A stretch of 51,554 nucleotides of DNA from a virus (taxonomy: Duplodnaviria; Heunggongvirae; Uroviricota; Caudoviricetes), in IMG/VR virus record IMGVR_UViG_2531839664_000034; one strand, given 5' to 3'. A model generated the notes under the pieces. It worked only from the letters and a program-made list of their open reading frames with translations. It searched no databases and was not told where the DNA came from. Position numbers and translations under genes: made by a program. Shown here one piece after another: positions 9,586 to 19,208 of this stretch (the stretch's first letter is position 1; each line of letters begins with the position of its first letter).

Positions 9586-11019
9586 TCAGAGGTCAAAGTT
9601 AGGTGCGACACACAACGTTTTTCCCTCAATAACCGGTACAACTCTGTTTTGTTCATACAGTAAATCCAGTAACCAGTTGATTTTATCCTTTTTCCGGAAA
9701 CGGTTCGGACCACGCTGTAAAATGTCATTTTTTTTCATACAGAGGATCCCCTTCTCAATGCAATAGCTTTTTATCCAGTTGAAAAGTTCAAGCTCCTCTG
9801 GAATGAGTCGCACAGGTACGGTCAGAGCAGTGTTGTCAAAAGTTAACGGATTAGACAACCGCATATACTCATTACCGTACCATATTGCTAATTCTCTCGC
9901 CATTTCTGCAGTGTAAGGGGAAATCTCCCCCTCTTCACCGCTCGAATGGTAAATAAGTCCTGCCAGTCTTGCCATATACTCTGCATTTTTGGCAGCATAT
10001 TCCCGACAATGTCTTAAAGGCCCCAATCCCCCCAGTTTCGATTCCACATCGTTGTAATAATCCGTCCAGATTCTGGCAGCCTGAGGAGAAAAGTGAAGGC
10101 AACGTCGTTCACCACTCATCGCCAGACTTTCATCAATAAGTTCATTGATCCTCTTATCAAATAACTCCTGATACTGTGATGAATAATTATCTCCGGTTAT
10201 TATCCTTGTCCCCTGCATTGATGTTGGTTGACACATCAAAAACCTTGCATGATGTCCTGACGTTTTCACAAGTTCTTTTTTTCGCGTACAAAAACCTTTG
10301 TGGTAAACATCAGGCTGAATCATCGCCGACATCGTCAGTCTTGGCTCCTTCAAATTAATTCCGGGAGATGATTTCCTGTCGATGAAAAGAGAACCTCCAT
10401 CCCACAAAGTGTTAATAATTCCCAGTTTACTCATGGCCCGGCTGTCAAAAATTACTCCCCCTTCACTGGATACAAGAGCAAAAGAACGATTGCTATCGGA
10501 GTAATATTTTAACATTCCCTCTATCGTTGTATCATTAAAAATTGTTCGACGTATCTGCGGCGGAACAGGAGAGTTATTCAGATGCGTTTCAAGCTCTGAT
10601 TCTGTTGCCTTGTAATCTTTACCGGCACGAATCTCTTTATGAAATTTTGATTCCAGCGCTTTTTGTTTTTGCTCCCATATTTCCTTTTCTGTACTGTAAT
10701 TCTCAACCAGTTTCGCGTATTCTTCCGCCAGGGCTTCATCCCTGAGATAAAATGCTTTCATAAACACTTTATCCACGGTCGTTTTCCTTTCACCGGAATC
10801 AGCCAGAATCAGAGAGTAAATATTAACGGGCCCACGTAAATTTCCAGGTCTGCACACGTCAATCTGATTCTGACAGGCAATTGACATCGCTGTTAATGCG
10901 GATGTCGCCACCATAGCCAAAGGAGCCTGTGTATTTTGTTGAGTTTCAATTATTGCATTTCTCACCAGCGGTGGTAGTGCATATATCGGATAAGGATTTT
11001 CTGGTGCTAGTAAGCACAT
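9586..11019 (-). CDS. YfjI-like (DUF3987-type) island protein
   Basis: 477 aa; size, position next to AlpA-like gene and remembered similarity to CP4-57 YfjI; function unknown. Confidence 0.5.
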   Translation of the reverse strand: MCLLAPENPYPIYALPPLVRNAIIETQQNTQAPLAMVATSALTAMSIACQNQIDVCRPGNLRGPVNIYSLILADSGERKTTVDKVFMKAFYLRDEALAEEYAKLVENYSTEKEIWEQKQKALESKFHKEIRAGKDYKATESELETHLNNSPVPPQIRRTIFNDTTIEGMLKYYSDSNRSFALVSSEGGVIFDSRAMSKLGIINTLWDGGSLFIDRKSSPGINLKEPRLTMSAMIQPDVYHKGFCTRKKELVKTSGHHARFLMCQPTSMQGTRIITGDNYSSQYQELFDKRINELIDESLAMSGERRCLHFSPQAARIWTDYYNDVESKLGGLGPLRHCREYAAKNAEYMARLAGLIYHSSGEEGEISPYTAEMARELAIWYGNEYMRLSNPLTFDNTALTVPVRLIPEELELFNWIKSYCIEKGILCMKKNDILQRGPNRFRKKDKINWLLDLLYEQNRVVPVIEGKTLCVAPNFDL

Positions 11020-11114
11020 AAAGCCTCCATTTTCATTAATGGGTTAGTAAAGTTGCAGCAATTTCCGCTACAATAGCGAAAATAGCTGCTATTCAGACTG
11101 AAAATACAAACAGT

Positions 11115-11342
11115 TCATCTGGTCTGAATCCACCAGAGAAGGTCACTTAGTAACCAGCCACAAGATTTCTTTCCGATAGTCTTACGCGGTGGGTAGTTTC
11201 CCTCTCGTTCAAGTTTCCAGGCTTGTGAACGGGAAATTGAGGTGATCTCTTTTCGTTCCTTTTCACGTACCAGTCTGTCACCCTCAGTCCCATAGGCTTT
11301 CAAAATTACTGAACGTTGCTCATCTGTTAATGGAACCCACAT
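11115..11342 (-). CDS. AlpA-family small HTH regulator
   Basis: 75 aa with C-terminal ...YPPRKTIGKKSCGWLLSDLLWWIQ pattern resembling AlpA/phage transcriptional regulator. Confidence 0.45.
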   Translation of the reverse strand: MWVPLTDEQRSVILKAYGTEGDRLVREKERKEITSISRSQAWKLEREGNYPPRKTIGKKSCGWLLSDLLWWIQTR

Positions 11343-11978
11343 GACGGCCCTCCTGATATATCAATGATTCTTATCTCAGTTGTGAGCATGAAATGACTGA
11401 ATTTCCTGGACAATCCATAGTGGAGATTCCGTTGTCATATTGCTCACAGAACACCCATGGACAGCAAGGTACATACGAAAACAAATCAAGTCAAGTTAAG
11501 GCAAGTAAAACAATACTTGACTCACAAGTCCACTCATAGGTCAATATGTGTTGATTAGCAACAAAACAACCAATAATGCACATTACAAACAATGATTTTA
11601 AGCCAAGAAGTGGTTTTCACTGTTGACAATGACACAAAATGAATCTAGTATCGACTTCATGTTATGCTCAGATAAACTTCTGACAGTGATAGTAAAGAAG
11701 AGAAGGAGGGGGTTAAATTTGTGACAAAGATCACAAAAATAAATTAATTTTTACTATTCACAATAGGAGGGAAAGAGAGCCAGGCATTTTACCTGTCATT
11801 GAAATGACAACAACAGCTTCAACAGATCGGAATATTCAGGAGGAGGAAGAAGAAGGAGATCTGACGGGTGTTATAATTGTTACAACACGCTGGAGGAAAA
11901 TTATCGTAATAATAGATGCATTCTCAGGTATACCCTGTATCACCCCGAAAACACGGCAGGCATCCGTTTTATTAGTAG

Positions 11979-13685
11979 ATGCAGACTCAGTATCAACGTA
12001 TCCTTTCAGGAGATAACATCGATTTTAACTGCCAGTATCCGGTATGCGGCAAAAGGAAACCTTCTTACATAATGGTAAATCAGACTATGCAACAAAATCA
12101 GTACTATCGTATTTTATCCGGAGAATCCCGCCCATTCCCTGGCATATATGAGGCTGTTTCCGAACAACTCCTTTTGCTCATTTTTAAGGCACGTCAGCTA
12201 TATCAGGATCCAGAATATCGCCCCTGGTTTGAAGAACAGCACAAAGTTCTCTTGGCATTGCGTGATAATACAGAGCTCCAGAAAATTTTTAACAAACAAA
12301 GAAAAGAAAATTTTGCTCTTGGCGCATCTACATCGTCTCAACCCACTGCTCTTACTAATGCGCTTAATGTTATGTGCCATTTATACAATGGCTTTGATGA
12401 AGGAAATATCAGCCTGAAAAGCTGGGGAGCGATGCAAGAGGTACAGACAACACCAGACTTTTTCAGCCTGGGACCAAGAACCTGGAAAACACCTGAACTG
12501 GCAAAGTTTGTAGGAGATGATTTATTTAATATTCTGACTGAATGTAAAGCCTGGAGTTCACCAATTCCAGCAGAAGCCCGGCAGGGGTATTGCCATCAGG
12601 ATCTGTCTGTTGCGCACTCCTGCACCTCAGAGTTGCTGGCACACCTGAAGCAGTATCATGAAATAGATGAATCAACAATACTTGCCATAACCATTGGTCT
12701 GGCGGTCAACGAATTCTACCAGTATAAGCAAAATATTCCAGAATGGCTTTCCTGTTTTGAGAATAAGAACAAATGGCCCTGGGACTGCAGGAAGTCAGAT
12801 ACTGAAGATGTGCACAGACTGAGAGAACGACTATCGATAATCGGATGTACAGAATTCGTAAAAAATATGTTCTCAGTCGCCAGTCAGCATGAAATAAAGA
12901 CAATGTACAATATTTATGTCCATATTTATGCAGCTGAAATCTGCGGTTGGGTAAAAACAAGCATGGCATATTTTAAACCAACAGATTTCATCCAGTACAC
13001 ATGGAAATTCGCAACAGTTACTCCGGATAAAGATGAAAAAACCGAGAATACGACCGCATGGGAAAGGGATTATTGTCAGATAACCATACAACGAGATGAA
13101 CTCCTTAGATTGATTCGCACTAATACTCTGCAGGATGCAGCAATTCATCTTTCAGGCTGCCTGCAATATGCATATCTGGAGTCTGTAAAGAATGATATTG
13201 ACTATCCTGGAATAGCCCCTAATGCTGAAGAAAAGAAAATGAAATACACAGATTCTATTGAATTTTCTGGAATTAGGAATAACATCATAAATGCAGTAAA
13301 ACGGCTGGAATCATTTGAAAAATGGTATGAAACTAATAAAGTTTTGTTGGTAAGTAATAAAACAATACGAACAGAGAAGATTGACGTTGTTGTACGACTT
13401 GCGGGACTGAAAGCCTATGATTTGCAGGAAGGGGTTCCTGATGGTCTGAAATGGAAAGTTAAAGATGGCATAAATGAACGCATCAAAACCGATACCAGTT
13501 TATGCCTGCCTCAGGATATCAGTGATACATCGCTAAACCGTTATCGTCACGCTGTGACGCGCATTGTCAACGACGAAATCGACACATTACTGATGGAACA
13601 GAAGAAAAAAAATAAAAGATTCCCCTACAGCAAAGATCGACATGCGATCCAACCTTTATGGAGCAAATGCGTGATCGAGCAGTAG
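11979..13685 (+). CDS. Hypothetical protein, AT-rich island cargo, no recognisable domain
   Basis: 568-aa ORF, opposite strand to the island backbone, lower GC than neighbours; start uncertain (internal ATGs at 12070, 12088). Confidence 0.5.
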   Translation: MQTQYQRILSGDNIDFNCQYPVCGKRKPSYIMVNQTMQQNQYYRILSGESRPFPGIYEAVSEQLLLLIFKARQLYQDPEYRPWFEEQHKVLLALRDNTELQKIFNKQRKENFALGASTSSQPTALTNALNVMCHLYNGFDEGNISLKSWGAMQEVQTTPDFFSLGPRTWKTPELAKFVGDDLFNILTECKAWSSPIPAEARQGYCHQDLSVAHSCTSELLAHLKQYHEIDESTILAITIGLAVNEFYQYKQNIPEWLSCFENKNKWPWDCRKSDTEDVHRLRERLSIIGCTEFVKNMFSVASQHEIKTMYNIYVHIYAAEICGWVKTSMAYFKPTDFIQYTWKFATVTPDKDEKTENTTAWERDYCQITIQRDELLRLIRTNTLQDAAIHLSGCLQYAYLESVKNDIDYPGIAPNAEEKKMKYTDSIEFSGIRNNIINAVKRLESFEKWYETNKVLLVSNKTIRTEKIDVVVRLAGLKAYDLQEGVPDGLKWKVKDGINERIKTDTSLCLPQDISDTSLNRYRHAVTRIVNDEIDTLLMEQKKKNKRFPYSKDRHAIQPLWSKCVIEQ

Positions 13686-13777
13686 AGTTCTGAGGGGATA
13701 ACCGAGCTGTTATCCCCCGTTTATTCTGCCAACTCTCAGGTCTGTCAGAGTTCCAAGAATACGATGCGGCTGGCAAA

Positions 13778-14374
13778 TTATGCGGCTTTTCCATTAACAG
13801 ATTCGGCCACAAGAACAACACCGTGTTTATTTCGATCAGGATGTTCACTCCAGATTTCTGATTCAGGAATACTTTCCCCGTCATAGCAGATCCGATCGCC
13901 ATCAAACGGATAATACCGTGCGGAATCAGTATCTAAAATAAACACTTTCAGATTCGTTGAACGACGCGCTATATGCTGCCAGAGGGCTTTACCTCCTTCA
14001 TATTGCTCGTTATCACTTAATAGTATAACGCCCGCTTTTGTGGCTACCGTTTCATATACAAACGTCGCAAGGCCAACATCACGTACAGCCCCATCAACAA
14101 CAATCCCTTCAATCTGAGCGACGTCCTGCTCTTCCCAGAATTTCCGGACAAACACCCCTTCAAGCTGTGAGCGACGCTGAAGCTCCAGAGTGGCAACAAC
14201 TTTATGGCGAATATCACCATCAATAACAGAAGGTGCAGCTTCGATTACCGCAGCGAACGGAGTCTTTGGATCCCAGATGATCTGGTAAAGCACGCCCTGA
14301 ATAGTTACTCCATCCAGTATCGAAAAACGACGAGCTACAGTAGCAGGGGAGTAAGACATTGGAATTACAGCCAT
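13778..14374 (-). CDS. Hypothetical protein downstream of integrase
   Basis: ORF 13778..14404; ATG at 14374 (MAVIPMSYS) preceded by GAGGGG Shine-Dalgarno; no recognised motif. Confidence 0.5.
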   Translation of the reverse strand: MAVIPMSYSPATVARRFSILDGVTIQGVLYQIIWDPKTPFAAVIEAAPSVIDGDIRHKVVATLELQRRSQLEGVFVRKFWEEQDVAQIEGIVVDGAVRDVGLATFVYETVATKAGVILLSDNEQYEGGKALWQHIARRSTNLKVFILDTDSARYYPFDGDRICYDGESIPESEIWSEHPDRNKHGVVLVAESVNGKAA

Positions 14375-14503
14375 TTTTGAATCCCCTCTGAGTAATACAG
14401 GCACAAAAATTTACCTCAATAATTATAGTAAACAATACAAGAACTAGGTGCATCAACAATACCCATCAATTGTACGCAATTCGTACAGTAACCAGGAACT
14501 CCC

Positions 14504-15820
14504 TCACCTTCTGCCAAACAGATTGACAACATTATTGCCTGTTTGCTGTTGATAGTTATTAACCCGATCCTCCCAGATCTCAAGTGCTCTGCGTTTTTCT
14601 GGCAAATAATCGTATCGATCATAATGTTTTGAACTGACATCGTTCAACGCATGATTTTGAATACGATCGCGGATTTCCTTACTGATTCCAGCTTCTCCCA
14701 TTAACGTTTTACAGGTCCGACGTAAGTCACGTGCTGTAAAAATTTTAAAGTCAGGATTACAAGCCCGGAAATACATGATAGCGCGAGCCAGACTGTCCGT
14801 ACGAACCGGACGCTTACCATTAGTCGAAAGCGGGAAAATGTAAGGGCTCGATTTTTCTTTTGTTAACTCCTGCACACAGGCTAATTCCTGTAATGCTGAT
14901 TCAGTCAACGGTATCAAATGCTCTCGTTTATTTTTAGAGACATCCGCAGTCACCAGCAGCGTTTTTTGCTGAAAATCAACATCACACCACTGACTGGCGA
15001 TCATTTCAAAGGGACGTTGCCCTCCGGTATAGATACAGAATCGAATCAAATGTTGCATCAATAATCCAACGTTGGTTGCTTCAGCAAAATGTTCCATTAG
15101 AAAACGCAACTCTTCGAGTGTCAGCCAGGTGTCACCGACTTTTTCTGCAGATGACTGTTTCGGTATCACTGATACAGGATTGGCCTCCAGCCCAAAACTA
15201 ATCCCTACACTTGTGTTCATCGGATCGTTATCAGCTTTCAGACCATAGTTAAATGCAGCCATCAGGTAAGAACGGATCCGGTTAGAGTGAACCACAGCAC
15301 CGCGCTGAATGATCCCGGCCAAGATATGTTTAATCTGTCCGGAAGTCACATCTTTAGCTTTAGTCTCACGGGGGATCACTGTATAGCATTCATTTTCAAG
15401 GCGTTTCAGAACATCCTGCCATGTTCTCTTATTATCAATTTTCATTTTGTTAACATAACCATGAATCAATGCTTCAAATGAACCCTGTGATTGATGGAGT
15501 TGTCTCCGCTGCTGTTCTGCAAGCTGTTGTCGCTCCAGTTCTGTCTGGGGATCCTTTCCTTCAATGAGCCAGGCACCATACTTTTTTGCCAGTTCGTTCG
15601 CTGTGGCCAGTTTCATCTCAGGCCATATACCCAATTGAATGAATCTTTCTTTTGTCCCTTTTTCCACGTAATAGCGGAAATAGAAAATTTTGCTGCCAGA
15701 AGACTGAACTTTGACGCCAAGTCGTCCAGTGCCACGTTGAGAGCTATTGCTCCAGACATAGAACGATGTCTTTTTTGCTTTTAATGCTCGAATAGCTGTT
15801 TCAGTTAGATTGACGGCCAT
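14504..15820 (-). CDS. int: P4-type tyrosine integrase
   Basis: 438 aa; N-terminal arm-binding-like region, C-terminal catalytic region with conserved R...HxxR...Y spacing (e.g. HDLRRTCKTLM); lies about 200 bp from a tRNA 3-prime fragment. Confidence 0.85.
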   Translation of the reverse strand: MAVNLTETAIRALKAKKTSFYVWSNSSQRGTGRLGVKVQSSGSKIFYFRYYVEKGTKERFIQLGIWPEMKLATANELAKKYGAWLIEGKDPQTELERQQLAEQQRRQLHQSQGSFEALIHGYVNKMKIDNKRTWQDVLKRLENECYTVIPRETKAKDVTSGQIKHILAGIIQRGAVVHSNRIRSYLMAAFNYGLKADNDPMNTSVGISFGLEANPVSVIPKQSSAEKVGDTWLTLEELRFLMEHFAEATNVGLLMQHLIRFCIYTGGQRPFEMIASQWCDVDFQQKTLLVTADVSKNKREHLIPLTESALQELACVQELTKEKSSPYIFPLSTNGKRPVRTDSLARAIMYFRACNPDFKIFTARDLRRTCKTLMGEAGISKEIRDRIQNHALNDVSSKHYDRYDYLPEKRRALEIWEDRVNNYQQQTGNNVVNLFGRR

Positions 15821-16016
15821 AGAACCTCTTTTCTAAATCAGTAACAATCAAAATAACTCGTAAATTTGGGTCAGGTAATGGGTCAGGTAACGATCGTACA
15901 ATGGAGAAAAAACGGAACCAAGCGGAAACAGAAGAAATTACATAATTAGTTGATTATAAACAATTAATAAAACAATTACGAACAAACCAAAACAATACAG
16001 AATGGACTTGCCTCAT

Positions 16017-16063
16017 GACTCATAATCGCTTGGTCGCTGGTTCAAGTCCAGCAAGGGCCACCA
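16017..16063 (+). tRNA. 3-prime 47-nt fragment of a CAU-anticodon tRNA (tRNA-Ile2/Met-like); probable att core, not an intact gene
   Basis: GACTCATAATCGCTTGGTCGCTGGTTCAAGTCCAGCAAGGGCCACCA: anticodon loop CTCATAA, T-arm GCTGG-TTCAAGT-CCAGC, acceptor 3-prime strand and CCA; no matching 5-prime acceptor strand (GGCCCTT) upstream. Confidence 0.6.
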
Positions 16064-16818
16064 AATCATCATTCATGTATCAGGAAGAGTTAAGGGTACA
16101 AGGGGTACTCGATGGCGGTCTATATTTCATGACTAACGCCATTTCAAGGAAGAAGTGCGGTGGGTGGTTTCGAATGAGGGCTGGTGTTTTGGTACGTGGC
16201 ACGCCACTGCAATGTATTTATTCATCAGTACTCATTCAAAAGTACCTGGAAAAAATGCCCGCTATGCCAAGCGGGCAAATTGCTTACATGTGGAATTAAG
16301 TAATTAACGATAAAGCCAGAGTATTATCATTTATCATGCCTCTTCATTTAATCAGGTTAATTACTCAAATCACTGAACTATTCTCTGTTCGCTCACTGAT
16401 GATAAGTGAGTGTCACAACCACGATTTGTATGCGGGCCAATGCCGTAGAGTAAGGATGAAATGTCTCTGCCACGCCTTAAACATCTACTACTGACCAGAA
16501 TACCCGTCGCAGGCAGATGAGTCTTGTGAGCGTTACAGGAGTCTGGCTTTGCTCATTAATCAACGCTATTTAGATATAAATTTCTAACACTCGAAAAACG
16601 AATTTCACTAATAAATTATAACGGGTGGTTTTTATCATACAGCGAAATAACTTTTTGTTTATTAAATTTAACATTCTTGTGCTAATTTAATTAAAAGTTC
16701 CATGCGTAGCATGTGAAGCAGTTAATGTTAGTAATCGTCTCAAATGAGCGATTTTTTATAGTGACAAACAGTAATAACGTTAAAAATAGCCATGTAGACA
16801 ATAACTGAGGAATAGGCA

Positions 16819-18297
16819 ATGTTAGTTAGTAAAAGTAATGGCCATAACGTTAATACAGTTTTGGGTAGTAGAAGTTGTAATGAAAACAATTCTTCCAACC
16901 CCATGGAGCTACTAGCTTATAGTATTATAAATTTAATTTGTAAGGAAGCTGCCTCAGGGACATATCGCGGTGCTCTTGAAACTTTACAAAAAATGATGTC
17001 TGAATGTATATATCATGAAGGCAACGCCTTTGTCATTATGGGATCTGGAGAGCAATTAAAACGTATTAAATATGATGTTGATGAAAATAACTTAAAAGTA
17101 TTCAACGTATACTTTGATAATAATGAAGAGTTAGTTACTGATGGTGAGCCTGACGTAGTATGTTTAAGCAAGCAGGTCTGGGAAGATCTTCTCATTAAAC
17201 TAAAGCTGGAGAACAAAGAAAATGCGGTTTCTGAAACTGACCTGTCATCGAATAAAAATAATGTTGATCAGTTTATTGAATGCGCTAAGAGAAATGAACA
17301 GACCCTATTCGATAATATAAGAAAAAGTGATTTTCATGTTGATTCATTTAAGCTAGGTAGTACACGTAGTGTTATTTTAGAAACACAACCAAATGTCTGT
17401 ATGGAACCACATAATTTATATGACAACCAAATAGATAAGGTTTCACCTGTAACTAAAAACTCTCAGCAAGTTAAAGGCCACTATGGAGATAAATTTAAAG
17501 AAATGCAGATGTTCCTTAGCTAGATGAGCAATGCACTTCAACAGACTCCATCTTTGTCAGAGTCAAAGGAACACACCATAGATATTCAAAAAATAACGGA
17601 TGCCTTTGTGAAAGAATTCCGGGGGGTATTAATTGATAAAAATGGAAATTGTTCAGAACGTTTATTCAATTTTTATGAGTGCTGCTATAAGTTTTTACCA
17701 AGAGCGCAGCCTCAAGATAAAATCGAAAGCTATAATTCAGCACTACAAGCTTTTTCCATCTTTCGTTCATCTACTTTGAATAATAATGATGTAGGGTTTA
17801 ATTTCAAATTATTCCCAGAAGTCAAGCTGTCTGGTGAAAATCTTGAAACGGTATTCAAATACAAAAAAGGAAGTTTTGTCCGGGAGATAGCCAGAATTAA
17901 CATTACTCTCCAAAAAGAAGAGGATGGTTTATATAATTTAGGTGGATTGGATTTTAAGGGATGCTTCTTTTCTGGACAGAACTTCAGTAACTATGATATT
18001 CAATATGTGAACTGGGGAACGTCATTGTTTGATCTTGATACTCCGTGTATTTTTAATGCGCCTGCTTACAACAAGAGTAATGAAAAATCATTAAAACCTG
18101 TGAGCGAAAACGGTTTAAGTGGAGTCTTGACTGATCGTAATAATAAAATAAAACTCATCACGGGCGTGGCACCATTCGATGATATTTTATCTATGGATGA
18201 TGACTTTGATGATAGTTCCTCTGAGGATGATCCCGTTGAGAATAGTCCTGTTGTGACTAGTCCCGTTGTATCAAGTTCTAAAAGCAGTTTTCAATGA
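16819..18297 (+). pseudogene. Single reading frame of about 491 codons split by one in-frame TAG (17521-17523); hypothetical protein with pentapeptide-repeat-like segment
   Basis: ORFs 16819..17523 and 17524..18297 are in the same frame, separated only by the amber codon; segment GLDFKGCFFSGQNFSNYDIQYVNWGTSLFDLD is pentapeptide-repeat-like. Confidence 0.4.
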
Positions 18298-18548
18298 TTA
18301 ATAAATGGCTATTTTTACAAAGAGATAATAACGTAGATTGAAACAATATGTATTATTGATTGATTAAACGGGATTATTCTTCACACTACATCCATTTTAG
18401 TGTCACTACCAAAGAAAAATGGGCTACATTTTCATGTAACCCCTTGATTTATTTGGTGGGCTGGCAGTGACTGAATTGGTGCTGTAATTGGTTGAAATAT
18501 TTCATCTAATGTCTGGTTCAACTTTCCTTAGCTGCCTGAAAGTTTTTT

Positions 18549-18628
18549 GATCTCACCCAGCAATAACAGCGTTACGGTGCACCACGACTGACTGATGAAC
18601 TGCGTGCTCAGGGTTACCTCTTCAACGT
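18549..18628 (+). mobile_element. Scrambled IS3 remnant (left IR-like TGATCTCACCCAGCAATAA joined to an internal orfB fragment)
   Basis: Terminal sequence nearly identical to the IS3 end at 34288; following codons read [17 protein letters not shown], recalled as an internal IS3 orfB segment. Confidence 0.4.
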
Positions 18629-18703
18629 AAAACCGTGGCAGGAGGTCCGGACTGAAAAAACTGCTCAGGACATTATCGGCGGTGGACGCACGGGTAGTCT
18701 GTA

Positions 18704-18792
18704 AACCGAACCGACTGGGGCGCAGTATGTGGCATCTTGTCGTGCTGTTGGAGGAGCTGTGCAAACGTGGTATTAACTTTCGTGCTCTGGCC
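18704..18792 (+). pseudogene. Serine recombinase (resolvase/invertase) fragment
   Basis: Encodes NRLGRSMWHLVVLLEELCKRGINFRAL, resembling the conserved DRLGRS...G..F region of resolvases; only about 30 codons. Confidence 0.35.
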
Positions 18793-19208
18793 CAATCTAT
18801 ATTTGCCCAACAATGGGGGGACGAATGCTATAAAAGTAAAAGAATCTGCGATCTCAAAGTTATTGTGTGATTTTTATGTGAGCAGAAGATATTCATCAGA
18901 AACGATTATGTAAATCATTTTATTTTGCCGACGGCCTGATTGTCGAAAGAAAAGAATACCCCCGTATTCCCTGAATAGATTGACTTTTTTATCCAACCAT
19001 ACTTCAGCGCACTGCGTTTAAAAAATGCTTCTTTCTTATGTGGAATATCATCATTTCATCATGATGTCTTTGATGAGCGGTGAACACAATACACTTGCGC
19101 TGTCTCTTCAGGATGAATCCCCTGGTCTGGTGCCTGTGGGCTGATGTTGCAGCAGAGCTAAGGTCGCTTAAACGCTACTCAGTATTCACTTTTCAGAGGA
19201 TGAAATTT

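Noticed and set aside
16015-16299. ORF overlapping the tRNA fragment (MTHNRLVAGSSPARATK...)
   Set aside because: Its N-terminus is the translation of tRNA-derived sequence, with no ribosome binding site; most likely spurious.
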